Source: Candidatus Xenobia bacterium (GTDB lineage Bacteria > Vulcanimicrobiota > Xenobia > Xenobiales > QWHO01). From it: a DNA stretch of 64,000 nucleotides. Under the pieces are notes generated by a model. It had not been told where the DNA came from, searched no databases, and worked only from the letters and a program-made list of their open reading frames with translations. Each line of letters begins with the position of its first letter. Position 1 is the first letter of the stretch. This document shows positions 19,502 through 30,800 of the stretch, one piece after another. Made by a program: the position numbers and the translations under genes. The stretch covers positions 9,263 through 73,262 of the forward strand of contig BTUM01000038.1 of the NCBI GenBank assembly GCA_045863235.1, in the 5' to 3' direction.

Positions 19502-21251
19502 CCACTTCCCAGACCGGGGTGGTGCCGGTCTTGCCCTTGAAAGTCTCGTCGCCGAAGAAGTCGAGCTCGAAGTGGTCGCCCAGCCGTTCGCGGGTCGCCC
19601 CGCTGACCAGGATGAAGGTGTGCTTGCCGTCGCGCGAACGGTCCTGAATGCGAGCCGCCAGGTTGACGGTGTCGCCCACCACGCCGTATTTGACCCGATC
19701 CTCGGCTCCGATCCACCCCTCCACCAGGTCTCCGGTGTGCAGCCCTACACCCATCTTGATCTTCTTGAGCGTCTCGTTCTCGGTCTTCTGGCGCAGCCGC
19801 TCCAGGCTGGCCTGCATGTCCAGGGCGGCCCGCACCGCCAGCACGCTCGATGGCACTCCCTCGCGGTCGTGAAAGACGGCCAGGATAGCGTCCCCGATGT
19901 ACTCGTTGATATCGCCGTGATGAGCTTTGAGAGCCAGGGACATGTCCTGCAGATACTCGTTGAGGAGCTCCACCACCGCGGTGGGGGAGAGCTTCTCGCT
20001 CATCGACGTGAAGCCGCGCAGGTCGCTGAACATGATGGTGGCCTCGATCCACTCCCCGCCCAGCTTGATCTGGCTGTCTTTCTCGATCTCACGCCGGGCG
20101 CCCTCGGGAGCCAGCTTGCGGAAAGCCTCCCGCTCTCGCAGGCCACCGGTCATGTGATTGAAGGCCGCGGCCAGCTGCGCCACCTCGTCTTGTCCCTCGA
20201 CGACCGCCTGCTGCTCCAGGTCGCCCCGGCCCACCCTCTCCATCTGGTCGGCCAGCCGCTCGATGGGGCGGGTGACCGCGGCGGCCAGCCGGCGGGAGAG
20301 AAGAAGCCCGGCGCCAAGGGCGAGGATTCCCAGCGCCCCGACCGAGACCATCAAGCCGGCCACTTGAGCCCGCACCCAGCCCAGGTCGCGCAGGAAAAAG
20401 ACCTGGCCGGCCTGGCCCAGAGGCAGCGAGTTGACCAGGTAGTGCTTTGGCCCTGCGAAGAGCTCGGTCGTGCGCTCGCTCAGCCGGCTCGCAAGCGTCT
20501 CGAGCCAATCGGGGGAAACGGGGATGGGTTCGCCGGAGGAAGAGGACTCGACTCCTGACAGGATTTTCAGTCCGCCCGGGGTACGCGCGGCCAGGACCAT
20601 CGTGCAGCCGGCCGGAGCCGGCAGGTTGCTCAGCTTGTAGCCTTGCACCACCAGCCCGTTGGCCACCTTGTGCGTCTCGCTCACGCTTGTGGTGAGGGGC
20701 ACCAGGGTCAGCATGTAGAGCTCTCCGTCCACCAGCAGATAGTCCAGTCGGGGTTTCAGCTCACCCAGAGCGACATCGAGCAGCCAGCGAGGCAGCTCGA
20801 GCTGTTTGCGGCCCAGCTCCGGATCCACCCAGGGCCGGCGTAGCTCGATGACGGTGCGCGCCTTATCGGGGCTGGGAACGTCCACCAGCATCAGCAGCTC
20901 GGCCCCTTGCTCGCTGGTGACGAACGAGCTGGCTTCGTCGGCCAGGGTGTAGAAGGAGGCCTCGTAATCAGCCTCGGAGCCGGCCTTGTCTCGATAAAGC
21001 TTCTCGTTGGCGCGCCAGAGACGGATCTCGCCGTCCTGGCCGAACTGCTCGCCGCTGAAGCTGTAGGCCAGAAAGTGGGGTTGGAGCATCTTCAGGAACT
21101 CGGCCGGGGCCTGAGCCAGGCTCTCACGCAGCTGGTAGGAGTAGCCCTGGTAGCTCTTGACCCCGACCAGCGCCGTGGTGGAAGCGATGAGAGCCACCAG
21201 GAGCAGTCCGATTGCGCCGCCCAGCCGGTCGCGCAGGCGGCGGGACTTCAC
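19470..21251 (-). CDS. Membrane-bound class III adenylate/guanylate cyclase with HAMP domain
   Basis: Two TM segments, HAMP (RPIERL...DEVAQLAAAFNHM), FSDLRGFT, YIGDAILA, GDTVNLAARIQ. Confidence 0.93.
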   Translation of the reverse strand: MKSRRLRDRLGGAIGLLLVALIASTTALVGVKSYQGYSYQLRESLAQAPAEFLKMLQPHFLAYSFSGEQFGQDGEIRLWRANEKLYRDKAGSEADYEASFYTLADEASSFVTSEQGAELLMLVDVPSPDKARTVIELRRPWVDPELGRKQLELPRWLLDVALGELKPRLDYLLVDGELYMLTLVPLTTSVSETHKVANGLVVQGYKLSNLPAPAGCTMVLAARTPGGLKILSGVESSSSGEPIPVSPDWLETLASRLSERTTELFAGPKHYLVNSLPLGQAGQVFFLRDLGWVRAQVAGLMVSVGALGILALGAGLLLSRRLAAAVTRPIERLADQMERVGRGDLEQQAVVEGQDEVAQLAAAFNHMTGGLREREAFRKLAPEGARREIEKDSQIKLGGEWIEATIMFSDLRGFTSMSEKLSPTAVVELLNEYLQDMSLALKAHHGDINEYIGDAILAVFHDREGVPSSVLAVRAALDMQASLERLRQKTENETLKKIKMGVGLHTGDLVEGWIGAEDRVKYGVVGDTVNLAARIQDRSRDGKHTFILVSGATRERLGDHFELDFFGDETFKGKTGTTPVWEVVREKAPRAAP

Positions 21252-21940
21252 TTCAGGACGATGTCCTTGACCAGCTTCCCTTCCCCCACGGTGATCTCGC
21301 CCAGAGTGAAGAGCCTGGGCGTGGTGCGGGGATGCCAGGCCTTGAGCGTGTAAGTGCCCGGCGGTACACCCGGGATGGAGAACGTGCCCGTTTCATCGGC
21401 CGTGTCGAAGCACCGGTTGGGCAGCACCACGACAAAGGCGTTCATCTGGGAATGAATGCCGCAGAACAGCTCGATCACGGTGGGCACCTTGCCCCCCTGG
21501 ATGCTGAAGGTCTTGGACTGGGGATTACCCTTGCGGTATCGCGGAAACTCGAAGCTCGGAGCAGTCGAGTATACGTGGTGAAAGATCGGGTCTCCGTTGG
21601 GGAACTCGACCTTGCTGCCGCTCACGATGGGCAGCACGTGGGGCCGAAAGATCTTCGACTGCTGGTCCATAGTGGCTCCCCTGGGAGTGGCCGGCAGCCC
21701 TTTGCCTTCCAGGAAGACGACCACGTTGGCCACTTCCTGAGTGACCCCGGTGCCTCCGTTGCCCCCTTTGCGGGCCACCTCCAGCTCGGCCGAGGTGTAG
21801 ACGTCGTCCACATTGCGGCGGCCAGGCGGTGTTTTGGTGGTCTGGGCCTGCAGGGTCACCTTTCCGGTAATCTCGCCGGCCTGCACCTTCGTAGCCATCA
21901 GGGCCGCGAGAAGCAGCATCGAGAGAATTCGCATCAGCAT
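21248..21940 (-). CDS. Periplasmic cupredoxin-like / carboxypeptidase-regulatory-like domain protein
   Basis: Signal peptide; MDQQSKIFRPHVL, FPNGDPIFHHVYS, FCGIHSQM, VPPGTYTLKAWHP. Confidence 0.8.
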   Translation of the reverse strand: MLMRILSMLLLAALMATKVQAGEITGKVTLQAQTTKTPPGRRNVDDVYTSAELEVARKGGNGGTGVTQEVANVVVFLEGKGLPATPRGATMDQQSKIFRPHVLPIVSGSKVEFPNGDPIFHHVYSTAPSFEFPRYRKGNPQSKTFSIQGGKVPTVIELFCGIHSQMNAFVVVLPNRCFDTADETGTFSIPGVPPGTYTLKAWHPRTTPRLFTLGEITVGEGKLVKDIVLK

Positions 21941-22069
21941 CCCTTCCCAGCTTTGCCCTCCTTCCCTGCCAGGGGAGGACATCGGCGCCGGGCTCAAGAA
22001 ACAAACCTGAACCTGAATTCAATTCAAAGAATTGAGGGAGGGCATTCAAGTCTCCAGGAGGGGTTCTCG

Positions 22070-24730
22070 GTGAACAAGACGATTCTCGGGCTGGCGCTCG
22101 CGGCCACGCTGTCCACCTCGGTATTGGCGGCCCCTCTCTTTCCGGACGTGCCCGACAATCACTGGGCCAGAGACGCTGTGGCGGCCCTGGCCGCCAAGGG
22201 TCTGGTCGAAGGTTACCCTGACGGCACGTTCAAAGGCGACCGGGCGGCCTCGCGCTGGGAGGTGGCCATGATCGTGGCTCGTCTGCTGGCCAAAATGGAG
22301 CAAGAGCACGCCACCTTCGCCACCAAAGCCGAGTTGGAGGAGCTGCGCAAGCTGGTCGAGGCCCTGCGCGAGGAGTTGAACGCGTTGGGCGTGCGGGTCA
22401 CCAATCTCGAGGAGAATACGGCCCGCATCGACAAGCGCGTCACCGAGCTCGAGCGGGTGACTTTCTACGGCAACATCACCGTCCGGGCAGGCACGCAGAA
22501 CTTCAAGAACGTGGGCAGCGCCCAGAGCGATCCCACTGCGCCGCTGGTCAACTACCAGGCAGCCGTGGGCACGGTGGTCGGTGCCGGCGACGTGGTGCCC
22601 GGGACGGGCGCCAACTTCGATCCCTTTACTTTCGGCGTGTTGCCGGTGGTCAACTGGGGCAAGGGCACTCCTCTGACCAGCGGCCAGACCTTCACCAGCG
22701 ACATGCGCCTGGGCATGAAGGTCAAGGTCTCCGACGACATCCGAGGCGAGATCGAGTTCGCCGCCTACACCGCCCAGGGCGACGCGCTGGTGGACGTCTA
22801 CTACGGCACCCCGGCCTCCTATCTGCTCAATCCCTTCACCGCCCTCTCCACGGTCACCGGCGGGCTGGCCGGCACGCAGCCGGTCAATCACCGGCCCTTC
22901 ACTCGCATGGTGCTCGATCACGTCTGGCTGCGCCATGAGCCGAGCCGCACCGAGTTGACGCTTGGAACCTTCCTCAACACCGACTACGACCCGCTGGTCT
23001 ACGTGCCGATGATCAACCCGGGCGCCTTCGGGCCCAAGTATCTGGGCAGCTACGGCGCTCAGGTGCGCGGCCAGGTGACCCTGGACGGCGAGGTGGACTC
23101 GGACGGCAACGAGACCCGCTACACCTGGATGGATTACGAGGTGATGGGCACCGTGTTGCCCGACCGCAACGGCGGGGTAGGTGGCGCCGGTTACTTCAAC
23201 CACGCCGAGGGAGCCAACGTTGGGTTCAATTTCCACGACCGGCGCGGTCGGGCCCGGCTCAACTTCCTGCACGCCGGCAACGACGCCTCGGGCGGCGCGG
23301 CCCTGCAGACTGGCCTGATCACCAACGTCAATCCCGGCTTCCTGACGCCCTGGGTCAACCCCAACGGCTTCTACGCCGGGCAGGTGGGCGCCCCCGGCTC
23401 GGCCGTCATCGCCGGCATCGGCTCGGTGACCGACGTGCGGCCGGTTCCCATGCCGGCCGCTTTCGACGGTTTCAGCGGGACGCCGGGCCTGGCCAACTTT
23501 GGCAACGTCGGCCCGCAAGACCAGACCATGCTGGGCGCCAGCCTGAAGTATGTCTTCGACCACGAGGCAAAGCCGTTTCTGGGGGCCGAGGTCGGTTTCA
23601 GCGATTATCGACCCCAGAAGAACTCGGGCTACACGACCTCGGGTGAGGCCTGGCGCATTCGGGCCGGGGCCGAGCTGCTCGACGGCGACCTCAACCTGGA
23701 GGCCGAGTATCTCTCGGTCGCCCCGCGTTATGACCCGTTTGTTCTGCAAATCCCTCGGGTTGGGGGCATCGGCCTCAATCACTGGCGCCCCTTCGACCTC
23801 AACCAGTACGGCAATCTCTACAGCCTGCACGACACCGAGCTCTTCCCCCACAACCGCGAAGGGTTCCGCTTCTCGGGTGACTGGGTCTTTGCTCGTTCGG
23901 ACGAGGCCCGGGGCCAGATGACTCTTGGCCGGTTCTTCCTCAAGTATGCCAACCTGACCCAGCACACCACCTCGCTGCAGGATGTCCGCTTCTCGACCGG
24001 CTCCCTGGGCGGCGGGGTGCCCAATTCGTTCGTTCTTGGATTCTCACCCGGCTTTGTCGAGCCGGCCTTCGGGGCCCTGTCCATCCTGACGTTCACGCCT
24101 GATGCCAGCGGAAACCTCATTGGGAACGTGCTCGAGAATCCCAGCGGTCGCATGGAAGGTTTGCAGGCGGGCATCTCCTACAAGTTCTTGTTTGACTCGT
24201 CCGAGGACAAAGACCCTTCCTCGCTTGGCATCACGCCCTCATTCCAGTTCCGGCGTAACAACTTCTTCCGTAACAGCAGCCTGGCGTCTTTGCGCCCGGG
24301 TTTTGCCGGTATCATGGGCGAGAACCAGAACTTCCAGGACTACACCTACCAGCTGATTCACGGCCAGCTCGACTACGACGCCAGTGAGACGGTCGTGCTT
24401 CGGCTGGGATACGACCAGTACGACCTGTTTGGCCACTGGGATCCGTACGGCACCTACGGAACCTATGCTGCGACCACCGGCCTGACGCGTTTCACCAACC
24501 TCGATACCACCATGGCCAACCCGTTCGTGGGTCTGGACTGGCAGATCGAGGAGAACACCAGCGTCAGCTTCGAGGGTCGCTACTACTCCACGCGCGACCA
24601 CGTGCCGGCCAGCGTCTTCCCCACGCCCAGCTTCCCGGGCACCAACCTGCTCTTGCCCGCCCAGCGCTCGGCTCATCCCTTCAACTGGGAAGGCTTCCAG
24701 CTGACGACCGCGTTCAACTTCCGCTTCTAA
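22070..24730 (+). CDS. S-layer homology (SLH) domain outer-membrane porin-like protein
   Basis: AGGAGG RBS; SLH FPDVPDNHWARDAV...GYPDGTFKGDRAASRWE; coiled coil; beta-rich region ending in C-terminal Phe. Confidence 0.88.
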   Translation: MNKTILGLALAATLSTSVLAAPLFPDVPDNHWARDAVAALAAKGLVEGYPDGTFKGDRAASRWEVAMIVARLLAKMEQEHATFATKAELEELRKLVEALREELNALGVRVTNLEENTARIDKRVTELERVTFYGNITVRAGTQNFKNVGSAQSDPTAPLVNYQAAVGTVVGAGDVVPGTGANFDPFTFGVLPVVNWGKGTPLTSGQTFTSDMRLGMKVKVSDDIRGEIEFAAYTAQGDALVDVYYGTPASYLLNPFTALSTVTGGLAGTQPVNHRPFTRMVLDHVWLRHEPSRTELTLGTFLNTDYDPLVYVPMINPGAFGPKYLGSYGAQVRGQVTLDGEVDSDGNETRYTWMDYEVMGTVLPDRNGGVGGAGYFNHAEGANVGFNFHDRRGRARLNFLHAGNDASGGAALQTGLITNVNPGFLTPWVNPNGFYAGQVGAPGSAVIAGIGSVTDVRPVPMPAAFDGFSGTPGLANFGNVGPQDQTMLGASLKYVFDHEAKPFLGAEVGFSDYRPQKNSGYTTSGEAWRIRAGAELLDGDLNLEAEYLSVAPRYDPFVLQIPRVGGIGLNHWRPFDLNQYGNLYSLHDTELFPHNREGFRFSGDWVFARSDEARGQMTLGRFFLKYANLTQHTTSLQDVRFSTGSLGGGVPNSFVLGFSPGFVEPAFGALSILTFTPDASGNLIGNVLENPSGRMEGLQAGISYKFLFDSSEDKDPSSLGITPSFQFRRNNFFRNSSLASLRPGFAGIMGENQNFQDYTYQLIHGQLDYDASETVVLRLGYDQYDLFGHWDPYGTYGTYAATTGLTRFTNLDTTMANPFVGLDWQIEENTSVSFEGRYYSTRDHVPASVFPTPSFPGTNLLLPAQRSAHPFNWEGFQLTTAFNFRF

Positions 24731-24813
24731 AGTGCAAGGCCTCTGGTCTTGCACTTTACAGCGCGTTCGTCAGATTGTGCTCTAATGTGCAAGACCAAAG
24801 TGCGAGCACATTA
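24727..24813 (+). repeat. Dispersed double-palindrome repeat (REP/MITE-like), copy 1
   Basis: TAAAGTGCAAGGCC-TCT-GGTCTTGCACTTTA ... GCGTTCGTCAGAT ... TAATGTGCAAGACCAAAGTGCGAGCACATTA, matching 43745-43851. Confidence 0.85.
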
Positions 24814-24932
24814 AATCGTCGCTGCTCGACGTTCTGACGAGCGGGCTGGCCTCTGAGCTTGGGGGACGTCCCTGGTTTGGACGCCAGGACTTGATCCGGC
24901 CACAAGAGGGCCTGCCCGGACCCTCGAGCGAA

Positions 24933-25526
24933 ATGACGACTATGGCGCTCATCAATGCCAGACCTCGACCCTTCACCGTCCAAGAGTATGCCCGGATGGG
25001 CGAAGCCGGCGTCTTTCGCCTCGGCGAGCGCGTGGAGTTGATCGAGGGGGAGATCGTTTCTGTACGTCCTCACAATCTGCCTCACGGCGACCGTATCATG
25101 AAACTGAACACTCGCTTCGTGCGCGCCTTCGGGGAGACTCATTTCGTGCGGGTGCAACTTCCCCTGACGCTGGGCGACAGGAGTGAGCCCGAGCCGGACT
25201 TCGCCGTGGTATCCCCCGAGCAGGCTCAGATGGGTCCTCGGCATCCCCCGACGGCCGACCTGGTGGTCGAGATTGCCGACACTTCTCTGTCCTATGACCG
25301 CGCCGAGAAGGCCAGTCTCTACGCCCGCGCCAAGGTCCCCGAATACTGGCTGCTGAACCTTGTCGACGGCAGGCTGGAGGTGCGCACCCGGCCGGATCCC
25401 GAGCCGGAAGCGATCTTCGGCTGGGGATATCGCGAGCTGACCATTCTGTCGCCGGGGCAGGGGATTGCCCCTGGTTTCAGCCCCGACACCCGTTTCACAG
25501 TTTCCGAGTTGCTCGGAGAACCCTGA
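24933..25526 (+). CDS. Uma2 family PD-(D/E)XK endonuclease
   Basis: RVELIEGEIV, SEPEPDFAVV, LVVEIADTS...YDRAEKASLYARAKVPEYWLLNL. Confidence 0.92.
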   Translation: MTTMALINARPRPFTVQEYARMGEAGVFRLGERVELIEGEIVSVRPHNLPHGDRIMKLNTRFVRAFGETHFVRVQLPLTLGDRSEPEPDFAVVSPEQAQMGPRHPPTADLVVEIADTSLSYDRAEKASLYARAKVPEYWLLNLVDGRLEVRTRPDPEPEAIFGWGYRELTILSPGQGIAPGFSPDTRFTVSELLGEP

Positions 25527-25529
25527 CCA

Positions 25530-25912
25530 GCGTCTCAGAAGCGCTTGCGCACGAGCTTGACCCGGGGATTCGGCTTCTTCCAGGCCGCTGGCCGGAGGAA
25601 GTGACTGGGCCAGCGAGCCCATCCATCGGCCCAGTCGGGTGGCACGGCGCATCGGCCAGGCAACTCCCTCGGCCATCTGCCGGAGCACGTCCAGGCAGCT
25701 TGCCCAACGCGAGGTGCGTCGCAAGGTCAGGCCCCTGACTGAACATGCCTCCACTCGCCTGGAGCACCTGGCTGGACCGGGTTCGAAGTGCCTCCCCTTC
25801 GAGGAGGACCGTCTCTGGTCCTGACGCCAGCACCCTGGCCGGCCGCGTGGTACTGGCCCTGGAGGTCCTGACCGAGGATCAGGGGCGGTGCGGCCTCCCG
25901 ATCCGCCTTCAC
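25530..25912 (-). pseudogene. Possible frameshifted gene remnant
   Basis: Protein-like segments (LILGQDLQGQYH; VLLEGEALRTRSSQVL; DVLRQMAEGVAWPMRR) fall in different frames. Confidence 0.3.
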
Positions 25913-25921
25913 GGCGCGCTG

Positions 25922-27316
25922 CTAGGGCGGGGGTGTAGGCGATGCGTCAACAGGCGAGGGAAGCTGCGCCGGAGGAGTGACGGCATCCTGGCAGTCCTTG
26001 ATGACGAAACTGACCTCGACGCTCTGGCCATCCACGGTGAAGCGGAAAGTGTCCGTCGTACCAGGCGTGGACCCCAGCGGGGCCGAGAAGGTAAGATCGC
26101 GGTCTGCAAGGTAGCTCGGGTATCGTGTGCCCGAGCCGGGCACGAAGGTGATCGGGTCGTAGTGGCGCAGTTCCAGGCCGCCTGGTCCGGAAAAGAGACC
26201 TCTGCTGGTCAACAAGCCGTCGATCTCTTCGCTCGTCCGGTCGACGAAAGTCATCCCAAAATTCCCGTTGTTGTGCACCACGAAAGCGATTGTCTCGCCC
26301 GGACACAGCTCCAGGGTCGTCTCTCCGGTGGCCATGGTGATGGCTCCCTGGATGTCCACCGAGAGGTCGCCAATCTGGACTTGCTGGCACGAGCGGCCCT
26401 TGTGGTTGTCCGGGCAGGAGAGATGGCTCGAGGGATTGAGCGGACCCGAGAGAAACGTTGCACTATAGTCCTTGATGAGAGGCGCAAATGGCGCAATGAT
26501 CGCATTGTACTCAATGTCGCTGAAGGCGTTCTCGTTGGGACAGGCACCTCTTTTGACATACTCGTTACAGGTGCTGCCCAGGTAGGCAAAATACTTGTTG
26601 CTGGTCACAGCGCTGAGCGGGCCGTTCTTGTCCTCACAGATCAAGCCGCTTTTGCTCCTGCCCGGGTAGGTACCGCGGGGGCCGGTGGTGATGTCGGTCG
26701 GAACGGCCCGTCGCCGAGTGGGAGATGCGCAGAGCTCGTCTTGGCGGGGTTGCTCCACGAACCCGTCGGGGACCAGCTCGGGAGGAGGCTCGAGGCCGGT
26801 GCAATTTCCGTCCTCGCGGGCGCTCATTCCGCACGGACCCGGGAAGGCGAGCGGAATGACCAGATGTTGGGCCGAAGCGGCCTCGGGGGACAGCTGGTGG
26901 ACGAAGAATCTGGTGAAGAGCCGCGTATCGCTGGGATGTCGGAGGAAGCCTTCCGAGGGGCTGCCGGGCCCAACTGTCAACTCGAAGAAACCCGCGCCGT
27001 CAGTCCGGGTGACCGTGTCTCCGAACTCGACGCTCCAGAAGTCGGCCGGGGACCGCTCTTGCACGATAATCGAGCCGTCGGTGGCAACCTTGTCGCCCTG
27101 GGCCTCGAGTTGGGCCCGGTTGGCCGCCACCTCTTGCCGGTCAGCCTGGTCCACCACGATGATCGGCTGGAGGCTCACGCGGCCAAAAAGCTGCCGAGGC
27201 CCATCAGGAAGCAGATTCGGTGTGGTTACAGGCCCCCCGCCGGGGCCGTCCCCCGAACAGCTCAAAAGGACGGCAGCGGCGATCAAGAGCAAGAACAGAA
27301 AGCGAAGATAATGCAT
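25922..27316 (-). CDS. Cys-rich hypothetical lipoprotein
   Basis: GAGGGGAGGG RBS; lipobox VLLSC; about ten Cys; no family recognised. Confidence 0.7.
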   Translation of the reverse strand: MHYLRFLFLLLIAAAVLLSCSGDGPGGGPVTTPNLLPDGPRQLFGRVSLQPIIVVDQADRQEVAANRAQLEAQGDKVATDGSIIVQERSPADFWSVEFGDTVTRTDGAGFFELTVGPGSPSEGFLRHPSDTRLFTRFFVHQLSPEAASAQHLVIPLAFPGPCGMSAREDGNCTGLEPPPELVPDGFVEQPRQDELCASPTRRRAVPTDITTGPRGTYPGRSKSGLICEDKNGPLSAVTSNKYFAYLGSTCNEYVKRGACPNENAFSDIEYNAIIAPFAPLIKDYSATFLSGPLNPSSHLSCPDNHKGRSCQQVQIGDLSVDIQGAITMATGETTLELCPGETIAFVVHNNGNFGMTFVDRTSEEIDGLLTSRGLFSGPGGLELRHYDPITFVPGSGTRYPSYLADRDLTFSAPLGSTPGTTDTFRFTVDGQSVEVSFVIKDCQDAVTPPAQLPSPVDASPTPPP

Positions 27317-27450
27317 GTCCCCTCCCCTCGGCCGATCCCAGGAGTATCGCTTGCACTCAGGGGAGTTTTTCGTCCTTCGACAAAATTAGAGCCTGGCCTG
27401 TCTTTCCTGGGCGAGTCCGGAACTGACTCCGAAGGTCGCCGAACGGCTGG

Positions 27451-27816
27451 GTGCGTTAAGTCGGCAATCTTCCTTTGCTCGTGTTTCTCTACTCCGGGTG
27501 CGGGGGCGCGGACCCGCTCTCCGGCTTGCAGGCCCCGGCCTGGGAAATGGCTCACCCGAAGCTTCCCGGGAAGCCTTCCAGCTCGCCCTCGAGACGGAGG
27601 GCGGCTACGGCTCGGAGACCCGCGCCTACTATGCGATCATCGCAGCCGCCACCGCGCTCAACCCGGCCAATCGCCACCTGGCCGCGGCTATGTTCTATCA
27701 GGCTCTCATCCCCGGTCGAGGAAATGAACCAGCCATATTCGAACATCCGGCCGAGCCGTTCATGGTCGGGGATCGGTGGGCTGGATCACAGTTCGGGCCC
27801 CTGCAGGGTGCTATAG
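27451..27816 (+). pseudogene. Possible degraded lipoprotein gene
   Basis: GTG CGT TAA (early stop) then a lipobox-like LLVFLYSGC; continuation shifts frame (EAFQLALETEGGYGSETRAYYAII). Confidence 0.3.
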
Positions 27817-27864
27817 TCCCCACCAGAGCCCGACCGGGCTCAATCGAACAGGGGAGTTCGTGTG

Positions 27865-30800
27865 ATGCGTCATTTTGAGTTCAGTGAGGGAAGCTCCAAC
27901 AAATTCTGGGAGATCGACCTTCAGGGAGACAGTTTCGTGGTGCGCTGGGGGAAGATCGGGACGGCCGGACAGAGCCAGACCAAGAGCTTTGCCAGTGAAG
28001 CCAGGGCTCAGCTCGAGCACGACAAGCTGATCGCTGAGAAGGTGGGGAAGGGGTATCAGGAGACGGGAGGGGCCGCGCCCGGAACCCCTGCCCCCAGAGC
28101 TGCTGCCCCGGCCCCGGCCCCCAGAGCTGCTGCTCCGGCCCCCAAAGCTGCTCCGGTCCAGGCAGCCACGGCGGTGCTGGAGCGACCAGCCTCCGACCAG
28201 GGTCTCCACTGGAGCCCCTCGGCTCGTAAACGCATCCTCCCCTACCAGGGCATGAGCTCGCCTCCGACCGCGCCCAAGACCGATCTGAAGAAGGCCAGGG
28301 CTCTGCTGGACGAGTTGCGCAACATCATCACTTCCGTCGAGGTCAAGCACTTCGATCCGGCCTTCCAGGCGCTGGCCGATCCGGTCAAGGCTCGATTTTC
28401 CGACGTGACCGGCCCTCTGCACGAGAATCCCGAGGTGGAAGCCGGCCTGGCCGTGTGCCTGGCCATGAACGACAACTTCTGGTCCAGGTCCGAGGACGTC
28501 GGGACCGCTGCCGTGCACCTGTGGTGCGCCGAACGAGGGGTGGTCTTTGCCACCCGGGCCCTGGCGGCGACCTTCAGCATGGGGACGGGCTACGCCAGTC
28601 CGGGTAACTCTCAGGGAGCCTTCCTGGCTGCCCGCGGCAACAAGTACGGCTGGGACCGCACCTGCTTTGGCCCGCTCAAGACCCTGCGGGGCCTGCTGGC
28701 GGCCAGCTCCCCGGGAGACTACGCCCAGGCTCGGGAGGCGGTGGCCCCACTGTTCGCGACCGCTCCCAACTTTGTCCGCTGTAATCTGGCTTTTCTCTTT
28801 CCGGACCGTGAGGATTGGGCCGAGCAGGCGTTTGACGAAGGCCCCGAGATCCACAACCTCGTCAACCTGATGGCCAGTTTGCGCGATCCGCTCCGATTGG
28901 GGACGATCGCGACCAAACTGGCGGCGGCTCCGGGCTACATCCCCTCGGTTCCGCTCGAAGTGGTTCCGACCATGGTCGACCGGGTGGGCCCACCGGCCTG
29001 GAAGACCGTCCACATCCTGTTGAGCGCTGCTGAGAAGGCTGACAACAAGCGTTTCCTGGCCGACAGCCTGCTGGCCATCCACTGGCCCGAGGTGGCCGAG
29101 GTCTTCGCCGGACTGCTCAAGGACAAGGTGCTGGGCGCGCAGGCCAACGAGTTCTTCCAGGCCGCGCCCGAGGTGGGGCTGCCCGTGCTGGCGGCCCAGA
29201 AGTCGAGCGAAGCCCAGGCCCTGGTGCAGCGGTTGGCGGCCGCCAATCCCGAGGCGGCCAGGGCCGCCCTGGGTCAGGCCGATGGAGCGGCTCAGCGCCA
29301 GCTGGAGCAGAAGCTTGCCAGCCAGCAGGCCCAGGCCTCCGTGCCGGTGGCCCCGGCGAGCGCCCTGCCACCCAGCCTGGCGGCTCCCCCCTGGCTGGGC
29401 TCGGGCAGCCAGAAGCTGCCCGTGGTCAAGGGCCTGAGCGTGCCAGCTGGCCCCGAGGAGGTGCGCTGGGCCCCCGGTGAGCGCGAGAAGGCGCTGGGCA
29501 AGCCGGAGGTCCACCACGGCAAGGACGAGGACAAGCTGTTCGCGCTCTTCGAGGAGTTTCGGGCCAAACAGAAGGGCTGGTTCGTGGAGCGGCTGTTGCA
29601 GTTCTCCAATAAGGACCGGGCCGTCAAGATCTGGAGCACCTACCCTCCGGATTTCTGGAATCAGTACGACTTGCGAGGGGATGACAACCCCGCGCTGGGC
29701 CTGCTGGCCTTTCTGGGGTTGGACGCGGTGGACGGACTGCTGGGAGTGCTCAAGATGGCACCAGACAATCTCCACGTCGTGCTCTCTCACGTGTCCAGCC
29801 CGCGTCTGGCCCAGCTCTTCGCTGAGGCTCTGCAGGGCAAGAAGCAGAAGGTTGTGGCCCAGCAGTGGTTGACCCGCAACGTCCGCGTCGCCTCGCTGGG
29901 GCTCGTCCCCATCGCCGTCGGGCCGCACGGGAAAGCCCGCCAGACGGCCGAGAACGCTTTGCGTTACCTGGCCAGCAAGGGCCACAGGGACATGGTGTTG
30001 CACGTGGCCAACCAGGAGTTCGGCGCCGAGGCCCGCGAGGCGGTCAGCGTGGTGCTGGCCAGCGATCCGCGCCTGGCTCCCGGAATCAAGCTCCCGGCCA
30101 GGCCTGCCTGGCTCGAGCCGGCCGCTCTGCCGCCCGTGCAGTTGAAGGCGGGTGGGCGCCTGAGTCCGGAAGCGGTGGGACACCTGCTGACCATGCTCAG
30201 CCTGTCCACTCTGGAGGACCCGCTTCCCTGCCTGGCCGAGGTCCACGAAGGCTGTACCCGGGCGTCCTTGAGCGAGTTTGCCTGGGAGCTCTTCAGCGCC
30301 TGGCTCAACAGCGGGGGACCGAGCAAGGACGCGTGGGCTTACAACGCTCTGGGCCTCATTGGAGGGGATGAAGCCGCTCGCAGGCTGACGCCGATGCTTC
30401 GCAAGTGGCCTGGCGAGGGCTTCAGCTCGCGCGCCGCCGATGGGCTCGAGGTGCTGGCCGCGATCGGCAGCGACCTGGCCCTGATGCACCTCAACTCGCT
30501 GGCCGAGAAGCTGCGTTTCAAAGCGCTGCAGGACAAAGCCCGAGCCAAGATCACCGCCCTGGCCGAGGAGCGCGGCCTGACGGTGGAAGAGCTGGCCGAC
30601 CGCCTGGCCCCCGACCTCGACCTGGAAGCGGACGGTTCGCGCAAGCTCGATTTCGGTCCGCGCCACTTCCGGGTGGGCTTCGATGAGCAGTTGCGTCCCT
30701 TCGTCTTGGATGAAGCGGGCAAGCGGCAAAGCGACCTGCCCAAGCCAGGCAAGGCCGACGACTCGGCCCTTGCCTCCGAAGCTCAGGAAGTCTGGAAGGC

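Noticed and set aside
21212..22069. N-terminal extension of the SLH porin ORF
   Set aside because: Antisense to the cupredoxin-like gene; RBS and signal peptide place the start at 22070
28090..28157. Short tandem repeat CCCC(A)GAGCTGCTGC.CCGG
   Set aside because: In-frame Pro/Ala linker after the WGR domain; ordinary
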